Virus record (IMG/VR): IMGVR_UViG_3300042518_000937
Reading direction: 5' to 3' (one strand)
Length of the DNA stretch: 20,000 bases
Source: an uncultured virus (IMG/VR IMGVR_UViG_3300042518_000937)
Taxonomy: Duplodnaviria; Heunggongvirae; Uroviricota; Caudoviricetes
The notes beneath the pieces were generated by a model that was not told where the DNA came from, searched no databases, and worked only from the letters and a program-made list of their open reading frames with translations. This document shows positions 8,012 through 15,374 of the stretch, in pieces. Both the position numbers and the translations under genes were made by a program. Every line of letters starts with the position of its first letter. Position 1 is the stretch's first letter.

Positions 8012-8379
8012 ACATGCAGTATCCGGTGGGCACGAAAGTTCGGGTGGACAGCCCGAAGCATCCCGGCGTGTGGATCGTGGAATCCAACGGCCCGAAGAAC
8101 GCCTCACTGAAGCCGGAAGGTGGGGGCCGGGGGCTGCGCTGCCCCCATTCGCTGCTCCGCCTCGACGACGGAAAAGGTCCGACCATCGTCCCCGTCGAGA
8201 TGTACGCGATGGGGGAGACGGTGACCATCGGTGATCGGTTCCCCGGCATCTACGTCGTCGTCAAAGACGACGGTGGGCCGAGGCTGAATGTCGCCAGGCT
8301 GGGCGGTGACGGCGACAGGTATGTCCGCGCTGGTCGGCCCCTGGTGAAGCGCATCGACGTGAAGGTGGTGCCGCGATGA
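8008..8379 (+). CDS. Hypothetical protein with two tandem SH3/KOW-like repeats
   Basis: YPVGTKVRV…HPGVWIV and YAMGETVTI…FPGIYVV; RBS present. Confidence 0.7.
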   Translation: MNMQYPVGTKVRVDSPKHPGVWIVESNGPKNASLKPEGGGRGLRCPHSLLRLDDGKGPTIVPVEMYAMGETVTIGDRFPGIYVVVKDDGGPRLNVARLGGDGDRYVRAGRPLVKRIDVKVVPR

Positions 8380-8627
8380 TTGACATCGAGTGGGCTGACC
8401 CGCCCACCCCCAAGGGCGGTGCTCTGACCCGCCGGGAGCAGAGCGACTTCGCCGAGAAGCTCAAGGAGCATCGGGGGCGGTGGGCGATTCTGCCTGCGGC
8501 CGGCGAGTCGAACCTGGCGATTCGGGCGCTGACTTCCCGCATCAATTGCGGGAGGCAGTCGGCGTTCGGGGAAGGATTCGAAGCTGTTTCCCGCGACGGC
8601 GTGGTGTATGTGAGGTTCGTGGGATGA
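8376..8627 (+). CDS. Hypothetical actinophage-type protein, 83 aa
   Basis: ATGA overlap with the upstream gene. Confidence 0.7.
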   Translation: MIDIEWADPPTPKGGALTRREQSDFAEKLKEHRGRWAILPAAGESNLAIRALTSRINCGRQSAFGEGFEAVSRDGVVYVRFVG

Positions 8628-8658
8628 GCATCAGCCTTAACGCCAGCGCCCCTCGGAA

Positions 8659-8772
8659 GTGAGCGCGTCGAAGGAGGCGTACTGGGATAAACACCCTTGC
8701 GCCGTGTGTGGTGAAGCGCCTGCCCTGTTGGGTCTCGATCTGTGCGAGGCGTGCGCCGAAGTGGTTCGGTAA
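8659..8772 (+). CDS. 37-aa zinc-ribbon microprotein (absent from the ORF track)
   Basis: VSASKEAYWDKHPCAVCGEAPALLGLDLCEACAEVVR*, two CxxC motifs; ends just before a terminator. Confidence 0.55.
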   Translation: MSASKEAYWDKHPCAVCGEAPALLGLDLCEACAEVVR

Positions 8773-8775
8773 GTT

Positions 8776-8817
8776 GGCCCCCGCCCGTTGCGTGAGCAGC
8801 GGGCGGGGGCCTTCTTT
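8776..8817 (+). terminator. Intrinsic terminator
   Basis: GGCCCCCGCCCG…CGGGCGGGGGCC stem followed by TTCTTT. Confidence 0.85.
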
Positions 8818-8828
8818 GTCACAGATTG

Positions 8829-8837
8829 TGATAGCAT
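8829..8837 (+). promoter_or_regulatory. Putative extended -10 promoter for a leaderless HTH gene
   Basis: TGn-TAGCAT 7 nt before ATG 8845, no RBS; overlapped by the inverted repeat TCACA-GAT-TGTGA (8819-8831). Confidence 0.55.
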
Positions 8838-8844
8838 TGTCTGT

Positions 8845-9216
8845 ATGAGTGACACAGAAATGTCGGGCGCAGAACTGAAGGTCATGCTGACCGGATTGGG
8901 ACTCACGCCAGGATGGCTGGCCGACCAGCTGCACGTCACCACGCGGACAGTCTTGCGCTGGATGGACCTCGACGTCGTGCCCGCCAGGGCCGTCGCCGCG
9001 ATCGACACCATCTCTGAAATCACCGACTTCGAGATCGAAAAGATGGCGCTCGCCGCCCAAATGAGCGGCGTGATTCGCACACGCCGGACGGAGGAAGGTG
9101 TTGCAGAACGCAACACCCCCCTCCCCGCCACCTGGCATCGGCACCTGACATTTCGGGCGCTGAAGATTCTGCAGGACAGCGACACTCCGGTCAGGGTTGA
9201 GTACGCCACCACATGA
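8845..9216 (+). CDS. XRE-like helix-turn-helix DNA-binding protein, 123 aa
   Basis: MSGAELKVMLTGLGLTPGWLADQLHVTTRTVLRW HTH pattern. Confidence 0.8.
   Translation: MSDTEMSGAELKVMLTGLGLTPGWLADQLHVTTRTVLRWMDLDVVPARAVAAIDTISEITDFEIEKMALAAQMSGVIRTRRTEEGVAERNTPLPATWHRHLTFRALKILQDSDTPVRVEYATT
9098..9116. promoter_or_regulatory. Palindromic repeat copy 9 (GTGTTGC-AGAAC-GCAACAC), inside the HTH gene
   Basis: Perfect arms. Confidence 0.82.
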
Positions 9217-9632
9217 GCCTCTGCGTCGACTGCGCCGCGGAAGGCGTCACCACCAAACGGCCCATCGTATCCGGCGTCCGTAGGCCACGCTGCGCCACCC
9301 ATCACCGCGCCCACAAGAAACGCGCCAAGGCCCAATCGCACAGCCGGATGGTCGAGCGCGTCTACTCGCTGACCGGCGAACAATACGAACTTCTATACTC
9401 CGCCCAAGGCGGGCGCTGCGCCATCTGCCAAGTCGCCACCGGAAAGGTCAAGCGCCTCGCCGTCGAACACGATCACCGCACCGGCGAAGTGTTCGGGCTG
9501 GCGTGCGGCCCCTGCAACATCATGCTCGGGCGTTTAGGCCGCGAAGTGGACGCCTACATTCGGGTCATCAACTACCTGAAAGACCCCCCGGCTCGCCGGA
9601 CCCTCGGGCCGGTCTACGTCCCCGGCGTGTGA
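9213..9632 (+). CDS. Endonuclease VII-like (His-Me finger) nuclease
   Basis: QGGRCAIC…LAVEHDHRTGEV.GLAC..CN..LG signature. Confidence 0.88.
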   Translation: MSLCVDCAAEGVTTKRPIVSGVRRPRCATHHRAHKKRAKAQSHSRMVERVYSLTGEQYELLYSAQGGRCAICQVATGKVKRLAVEHDHRTGEVFGLACGPCNIMLGRLGREVDAYIRVINYLKDPPARRTLGPVYVPGV

Positions 9633-9651
9633 TGTTGCAATTCCGCAACAC
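9632..9651. promoter_or_regulatory. Palindromic repeat copy 10 (ATGTTGC-AATTCC-GCAACAC; 6-nt spacer variant)
   Basis: Arms conserved, spacer 1 nt longer. Confidence 0.65.
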
Positions 9652-9686
9652 GCCGCCGGTCAACGACAACAGCAAGGCCCTGGCCG

Positions 9687-9705
9687 GTGTTGCGCTTCGC
9701 AACAC
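9687..9705. promoter_or_regulatory. Palindromic repeat copy 11 (GTGTTGC-GCTTC-GCAACAC)
   Basis: Perfect arms, in the convergent intergenic gap. Confidence 0.85.
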
Positions 9706-9718
9706 CACCGATGGCTAG

Positions 9719-9967
9719 TCACCGGGCCACCCACAACTCAAACAGCTTCCACGCCCCGAACCACACCCCGCTGGCAGCAAAAGTCGCCAAAGCGAACCGG
9801 GCAGGCGTCCACCGGGCAGGCTCAAGGGACTCGTGCAGACGCGGCCGGGGCTTGCCAGCGCAGCTGTGCAACGCCAACACGGCATTCCTCGCCAAGTCGC
9901 CGGCCTCGCCTTCCGGCACGCTGCCCGTGTCGGCCTTACAGATCGGGCACGTCACCGATACCTGCAT
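9719..9967 (-). CDS. Small membrane protein of the lysis cassette (N-terminal CxxC…HxC, C-terminal TM segment)
   Basis: Follows the holin by 1 nt; hydrophobic C-terminus. Confidence 0.65.
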   Translation of the reverse strand: MQVSVTCPICKADTGSVPEGEAGDLARNAVLALHSCAGKPRPRLHESLEPARWTPARFALATFAASGVWFGAWKLFELWVAR

Positions 9968-9968
9968 C

Positions 9969-10529
9969 TCACTCCACCTTCAATCTCATGACGTAACTCA
10001 TCCCGGTCTGAATGCAGGTCTTGAGAACCATCGCCCCGAGCAGCGTCCACTGTTCCACATCGGTGATGTCGAAGTCGCCAGCCGTCACTGTCGCCAGCAC
10101 CGCCATCGCAGCGAACCCCAGGTCAACCGCCATTCCCTGCAAGAATGTCCGCTTGGTGGCGGGGCCGACCGAGAAGTTGTCCTCAATCTCCTGGCTGCCC
10201 TGATGTGTGACAGTGACCTTTTCGCCGGAAGTCGCCTTGACGAGGGCCTTGCGCCCGTTGTCGAGCAGCGCGTCCTTGCTCTGTGCGACCGCGGCGGCGA
10301 CCGCCTCACGCATGGCGGCCTGCAGCGCCCCGCCGATGTCAACTCTGACGGACTCGCCGGTCTGCGGGTTGCGCGCCACAATGGGCAGGTCGGGCTGCAT
10401 CTGCTGGCCCGACATCGGCTGCGGAGCAGCTGGCTGCGGCGGGGTGTACCTCGGCGGCAGCGGAGTTGGCTGCTGCTGCGGAGTTGGCTGCTGCTGCGGA
10501 GTTGGCTGCCGCTCCCAGGGCATCCCCAT
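9969..10529 (-). CDS. Putative holin with a long Pro/Gln-rich N-terminus
   Basis: Directly after lysin A (TGATG overlap); two C-terminal hydrophobic segments following RTFLQG. Confidence 0.65.
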   Translation of the reverse strand: MGMPWERQPTPQQQPTPQQQPTPLPPRYTPPQPAAPQPMSGQQMQPDLPIVARNPQTGESVRVDIGGALQAAMREAVAAAVAQSKDALLDNGRKALVKATSGEKVTVTHQGSQEIEDNFSVGPATKRTFLQGMAVDLGFAAMAVLATVTAGDFDITDVEQWTLLGAMVLKTCIQTGMSYVMRLKVE

Positions 10530-11932
10530 CAGAAACTCTCCCGCGCACGCTCATAGACTGCTCTCGCATCGACGCCCACCGACTCCGCGATGGCGAAGAC
10601 CATCGCCTGAGTCAGCAGACCCTCGGCGCGCACATTCAGCAGCAGACCCTCCAAGTCCTCGGCCTGCGAATGATGGTGTGGTCTACCCGTCAGCGGCGTC
10701 GGCATCAACGTGGGCACCGGCTCAGGTGCTGGCGGCGGCAGAGGAACAGGCGCCACCTCCACACCCGGCACGAACAAGTCAGCCACCGTCATCGCCTTGT
10801 GATACCGCTGCACTCGATCATCGAAGCCGTTCAAGCCGCCGTTGATCGCCCGACAGACGCCTTCATGGTCCTCGACGTCAGACATCGGGTTGATGTTCGG
10901 CCGCGCCACCGTCCAGTACCACGCCACCGCCGCGCCAGCGTAACGGTCGCTGCTCAGTTCCTCGGGGAAGTTCAGGAAATACTCGGAGTCGGGGACGATG
11001 CCCTGCCGGAACGCCCACTCCGACACCGCCCGATGGTTTTCCCGGCCGGTGATCTGAAGCCACCCCGACCCGCGATACCTCGGGCCGTCACCAGGCTGGT
11101 GATTGCCCAGGTCGGCGCGGCCTTCAAGGTAGTGGCCGGGATCAATCTCGCGGGAGTACAGCCCACCCGCCGACTCATGCCCGGTCTGGGCGAACCACTG
11201 CGCGACGCGCCGCGGGTTGTCGCACTGCGCCAGCCGCAGCGCCTCCCGCACATGCGGCACCAATTCCCGGTAGCGGTCGATCGGCAGCGAGCCGCCCCAC
11301 GCGATCGACAGCGCCTCCGCGTCGTCGAGGGCCGCCGCGGGGCCGGGCAGCGCGACACCCTTGGGCCGGGCGTAGGCGTACCCCTTGCCGGCGCATAGAA
11401 CCGCAGCCTGTCGGGCTGTCAGCCAGTACCCGAAAGGTGCGCCACCGGAGTCGATGACCCACACCGCGTCGGTGCCGTTCTCGTCGGCCCACCCGCCGAA
11501 CGAAACGTAGTGGTAGATCGTGCCGCTGTTGTAAAAGTTGGGTCGCTGCGCCGCCGGTTCGTGGCCTACGGCGATGGGCCGCGGAGGGTTGTTGGCGGGG
11601 GAGATGAAGTTGCCGATCACCGCGAACCCGTTGTCCACGCTCAGCTTGACGTGCCGGAAGAGCTCATCGACCTGGGCGTCAGTCGGCGGGTCGATGTGCA
11701 GATCCACCACGATGTACTCGGCTGCGTGCATCAGCTTGTCGTTGAGGACCGCAGCGATCTGGCTGATGTGGTCGGTGCCGCCGGTGTGCGTGCGGCACAG
11801 TTCGGCGCACACCTGCTCGGGCAGGTCGATGCCCTGAACGTGGAGAGCCATTTGGCAGCTACTAGGCCCGCACCACCACCCGGTCTCCTGGGGGGCGATG
11901 TCAGGGTTGTATTGCAGGCGCTTGATTGTCAC
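10529..11932 (-). CDS. lysA: Lysin A: C39-like peptidase + GH19 glycosyl hydrolase
   Basis: QETGWWCGP…HYV peptidase motifs; AQTGHES, YRGSGWLQITGRENH and INGGLNG GH19 motifs; likely start GTG 11932 (ORF open to 11983). Confidence 0.9.
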   Translation of the reverse strand: MTIKRLQYNPDIAPQETGWWCGPSSCQMALHVQGIDLPEQVCAELCRTHTGGTDHISQIAAVLNDKLMHAAEYIVVDLHIDPPTDAQVDELFRHVKLSVDNGFAVIGNFISPANNPPRPIAVGHEPAAQRPNFYNSGTIYHYVSFGGWADENGTDAVWVIDSGGAPFGYWLTARQAAVLCAGKGYAYARPKGVALPGPAAALDDAEALSIAWGGSLPIDRYRELVPHVREALRLAQCDNPRRVAQWFAQTGHESAGGLYSREIDPGHYLEGRADLGNHQPGDGPRYRGSGWLQITGRENHRAVSEWAFRQGIVPDSEYFLNFPEELSSDRYAGAAVAWYWTVARPNINPMSDVEDHEGVCRAINGGLNGFDDRVQRYHKAMTVADLFVPGVEVAPVPLPPPAPEPVPTLMPTPLTGRPHHHSQAEDLEGLLLNVRAEGLLTQAMVFAIAESVGVDARAVYERARESF

Positions 11933-11964
11933 CGATTCAGCGTAACTCTCATCGGCTGGGGGAA

Positions 11965-11983
11965 GTGTTGCAAAACGCAACAC
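11965..11983. promoter_or_regulatory. Palindromic repeat copy 12 (GTGTTGC-AAAAC-GCAACAC)
   Basis: Perfect arms; upstream of lysA. Confidence 0.85.
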
Positions 11984-12038
11984 CCCGACTACATCAACAC
12001 TGACTGGTATTACTCGCTCCGGTCAACGACCGGCTCTT

Positions 12039-12290
12039 CTACTCGTCAAGCGGAGAGTTGGCCGGGACGATACCGATAGCCGCCTCGCTCTCGCGAAGAA
12101 CTGCTGCGAGAGCGTTGGCGCGGGCCTCATCCGTCGGATCATCGGTGACAACCTCGTCGGGTGAAGCGGTCCACGCGGCCCGCACCTCACCGGCGATCTC
12201 AGGGTGCGCGGCGATCACCTTCATCAAGGCATCCTGCTTAGCCTGAAAGGCAGCGAACACTTCGTCGTAGCGTGCCACGTCTATCTCCAT
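12039..12290 (-). CDS. Hypothetical protein, 83 aa
   Basis: Starts 1 nt after the upstream stop. Confidence 0.7.
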   Translation of the reverse strand: MEIDVARYDEVFAAFQAKQDALMKVIAAHPEIAGEVRAAWTASPDEVVTDDPTDEARANALAAVLRESEAAIGIVPANSPLDE

Positions 12291-12291
12291 C

Positions 12292-13959
12292 TCACATCGG
12301 GGTCAGGGCGGTGGTGCCCCATGAATGGGTGGTGCCGTCTCCGGTGTACACAAAGATGGTGGTGGCGTTCGCCGCCCACTGGCCGGGTGTCCCCGCCGCT
12401 GTGCCCGACGCCGGGACGGCAACTTTCGCCGACACCGGCTGCCCCCGCAGCGTGAACCGGCCATTCTCCTTTGGCTGAACGTCGACATCGACATCGACAT
12501 TGGCGGCCAACGTGTCAGCAGCAATGACCACTTTTGGGGTGGCGGCGGTTGAGCGGAGCAGGAACCTTCCATCCCCGCGCGACCGAAATTCGAGATCGAC
12601 ATTGGTGGAATTCCCCAGCGCCTGAATGATCGCAGCCCCGACGGAAGCTCGGATGTTGACGTAATCCCGCGAGTTCGCGGAGTCGGCGGCGATCCGCAGA
12701 CCGCGCACACCCTCCGCTGTGAATATCTCCAGAATCACCGGCTGAATCAACGTCTTCTCGCTGATCTCCTGAGCGCCGCTGGTGGCTACCAGCGGCACAC
12801 CGTTCAGTGTTGGCGAGCCGGTCAGGGTTGCGTTGAGATACGTCTTGTTTCGTATCTCCTGCACCCCGGTGGTGGTGACAACCGGGACGGTGAGAACTGT
12901 TAGAGGCGAAAAGCAATTGATGGTGCCGTTACCCTTAGCTGAAATGCCCACGTTGATATCAGCGTCTGGTCCGTTAGTGGCGTAATTAACGAGCGATCCG
13001 GCGACCGAAACCCGCGCAAAAACCGTGTTGCCCGCGTTTCCCACAAACTGGATCACTGGCACGTCGCTGGTGCTCCAGATGGATGAGATGCGCGGCGAAA
13101 CCAGCGTCTTGTTGGAGAGGGTGGCAGTCTCCACTGACCACCACGCTTTAAGCGTGGACAACACATTTCGCCACGACAGCCGCTTCAGGGCGAAGCTGTC
13201 TCCCGAATCCAGCAGAGGAAACTCGTCATCATCGACGGGCGTAACCTTTACACCAGCCTCCTCAAGCTCGGCGAACAGCGTGGTGCCGGGTTCACCGTCC
13301 TTGCCGTCGACACCGTCCTTGCCGTCGACACCGTCCTTGCCGTCGACACCGTCCTTGCCGTCGACACCGTCCTTGCCGTCGACACCGTCCTTGCCGGGCT
13401 CCCCGTCGATGCCTCCCTGCCCCGGCAGGTTCGCCAATGCGTCAGTCACGTCATTGAGGTTTGCGTCCGGCTTCCCGGCGATGGTGTTGATCAGCTCCTG
13501 CACGGCCACGCTGACAGCGGGCTGCCCAGGCTTCTTGCCAACCCTGATCAGGTTGACCACCACGTCATCGCTGGGCGCCGGAAATTCAAACGGGGCAATG
13601 TACCCCGGCCAGTCACCGAACCGCACATTGTTGAACGTCACCCGGTAGTAGAGAGTGCCGTCCAATTCCAGCAGTGGCGTACTGGCGAGCAGCCGAACCG
13701 GAACCAACTCCTGATCGCTCGGCTGCGGACGAATCTTCACGCGGCCATCGACGTCGATGACGCCCGAAACTGGTGTGGCCGGGTAGCCGACCGGCCTGGG
13801 TTCCTCACCTGTTGCGCCGATGACGTCGCCGCTGTACATCACCGGGGTGAAAGTGAGGTCGGCGGTCACGCTCGGCAGATCGGGGTGGTTGCCCGCTACG
13901 CCGTAGTTGCCTACGGGGCGATAGTCCCCCTCGATGGTGAAGTGCTTCGGCTGGGTCAC
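12292..13959 (-). CDS. Minor tail/fibre protein with a collagen-like segment
   Basis: Mycobacteriophage-like N-terminus (…VRLLA…LYYRVTF…), (GKDGVD)n, three NKTL/NKTY/EKTL shaft motifs. Confidence 0.8.
   Translation of the reverse strand: MTQPKHFTIEGDYRPVGNYGVAGNHPDLPSVTADLTFTPVMYSGDVIGATGEEPRPVGYPATPVSGVIDVDGRVKIRPQPSDQELVPVRLLASTPLLELDGTLYYRVTFNNVRFGDWPGYIAPFEFPAPSDDVVVNLIRVGKKPGQPAVSVAVQELINTIAGKPDANLNDVTDALANLPGQGGIDGEPGKDGVDGKDGVDGKDGVDGKDGVDGKDGVDGKDGEPGTTLFAELEEAGVKVTPVDDDEFPLLDSGDSFALKRLSWRNVLSTLKAWWSVETATLSNKTLVSPRISSIWSTSDVPVIQFVGNAGNTVFARVSVAGSLVNYATNGPDADINVGISAKGNGTINCFSPLTVLTVPVVTTTGVQEIRNKTYLNATLTGSPTLNGVPLVATSGAQEISEKTLIQPVILEIFTAEGVRGLRIAADSANSRDYVNIRASVGAAIIQALGNSTNVDLEFRSRGDGRFLLRSTAATPKVVIAADTLAANVDVDVDVQPKENGRFTLRGQPVSAKVAVPASGTAAGTPGQWAANATTIFVYTGDGTTHSWGTTALTPM
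13293..13396 (-). repeat. 18-bp perfect tandem repeat (5 full copies + 1 partial), encoding GKDGVD
   Basis: Unit CACCGTCCTTGCCGTCGA on the + strand. Confidence 0.95.
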
Positions 13960-13960
13960 C

Positions 13961-14293
13961 TTAACCGGCGTCCTTTCCCATACCTGGGCAGAGGTTCTTC
14001 TCCGCCAGGGCGATGAACGCGGCGTCCCGCGCCGGGTCGTTCGGCTTCCCGAGCCAGCCCTGAACGGTGTCGATTCCCCGCTGAACGAGGTCGTCGTCCG
14101 CGCTGCTCCGTGCGGCGCAGATCAGGTATCCGTTGCGGAGCAGTTCGGCGTCGTCGTCGGTGTATCCGGATGCCCGGGCTTCGTCGATGAAACGCTGGGC
14201 GTCGGCAGGTTGCGCTTGCGATCGGGCCGCCGCGGCGGCACCGGCAATGAAGAGCGCAGCGAGGATGGTGCTCAGGACGATGAATCCGCGCAT
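13961..14293 (-). CDS. Secreted DUF732-like protein
   Basis: Signal peptide, then D..RFI…R..G…..LL..GY.IC and a terminal LCP. Confidence 0.7.
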   Translation of the reverse strand: MRGFIVLSTILAALFIAGAAAAARSQAQPADAQRFIDEARASGYTDDDAELLRNGYLICAARSSADDDLVQRGIDTVQGWLGKPNDPARDAAFIALAEKNLCPGMGKDAG

Positions 14294-14306
14294 GACGGCG
14301 AGCCTT

Positions 14307-14603
14307 TCAGTTTCTTGCCGCGCCGCGCGCCCGGCGGGCCTTGAGGCAGGTTTGGCATTCGCGGTACGCCTTGTCCTCGCGCAGCCGCAGCTTGTCGATG
14401 ACGCCGGGCACTCGTGTCATCGGGATCGGCGCTTCGGCCTCTGCCGGCTGCGCGGCGAGGGCGTTTACTCGGTCTGCCAGCGTGACAGTTTCACGCGCCG
14501 CCTTGCCGCCTGTCCGATCCTTAGTCCAGTCAAGGTTGTCGATGAGGAGCTTCGCCAGCGTGTCGGGCAGATCGGCTTTGATTTCTCCGTTGGTGATTTC
14601 CAT
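14307..14603 (-). CDS. Hypothetical protein, 98 aa
   Basis: AGGAGG RBS then ATG. Confidence 0.75.
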   Translation of the reverse strand: MEITNGEIKADLPDTLAKLLIDNLDWTKDRTGGKAARETVTLADRVNALAAQPAEAEAPIPMTRVPGVIDKLRLREDKAYRECQTCLKARRARGAARN

Positions 14604-14612
14604 ATTGACCTC

Positions 14613-15374
14613 CTAGTCCACCCTGATGAAGTAGTTGACGACGTAGTGCTTGGGGCGCGTTTCGGGATCGCCACCATCTACACGGTTCGTGTTCAGGCCG
14701 GGACGCAGGTACGCCTCGCCTGCTGCATACGAGGCAGAACCCGCTATGCCCCGTCCGCTGTCGCCCTGTCGGATCGGGTCACGCGACGTGACGGTGAAGT
14801 CGGTGCGCGGTGCCCTTGTTGAGTCCTCAACGTGGGAGTTCAACGTGCCACCGGCCCAACCCGTGACGCCGGTGCGAGTCCCTGCCCCGCGCAGGAACGC
14901 ACCACGCAGATCAGGCACCGTGTTGCGTTTGGTGAGCGTTGCATATGCGGTTCCTGCCACGCTGCGCCCATCGCAGAGCACCCACACCCCGGTCATGCCG
15001 CTGATCTCGGCCTCGGTGAGCAGCGACGAGATGACCGTCCCGATAGGTGACGGCTCCGCTTTGATGGCAGCGACTTCGGCTTTGAGTTTGGGGAGATCGT
15101 CCTGCTGCAACTTGGTCAACTCGCCGCGCATCGCAACCGTAACCCCTTGCAGGGCAGCGGATTTGCCGTTCAGATCAGTAAAACCGGCCTGCACGGTGTC
15201 CATCCGAGCCGAGATGGCGTTCAGGTAAGCCGTCATCTGATTAGAGACCTGCGCCAACGGCAGCGCAGGGTCCATCAGAGCCTCGGAGATGAGCGTTTTC
15301 GTGTCGGCAGGGACCGTGCGCTGAAACTGCGTCAGCCCGCCGGAACGGTCCTTGTTACCGAAAGTTGTCGCCAT
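14613..15374 (-). CDS. Tail fibre protein with a phage tail-collar-like domain
   Basis: Coiled-coil then PIGTVI…WVLCDG…VPDLRGAFLRG…ETRPK..VVNYFIR. Confidence 0.82.
   Translation of the reverse strand: MATTFGNKDRSGGLTQFQRTVPADTKTLISEALMDPALPLAQVSNQMTAYLNAISARMDTVQAGFTDLNGKSAALQGVTVAMRGELTKLQQDDLPKLKAEVAAIKAEPSPIGTVISSLLTEAEISGMTGVWVLCDGRSVAGTAYATLTKRNTVPDLRGAFLRGAGTRTGVTGWAGGTLNSHVEDSTRAPRTDFTVTSRDPIRQGDSGRGIAGSASYAAGEAYLRPGLNTNRVDGGDPETRPKHYVVNYFIRVD

Noticed and set aside
14488..14497. GTTTCACGCG parS-like half site
   Set aside because: No second arm, and it lies inside a CDS.
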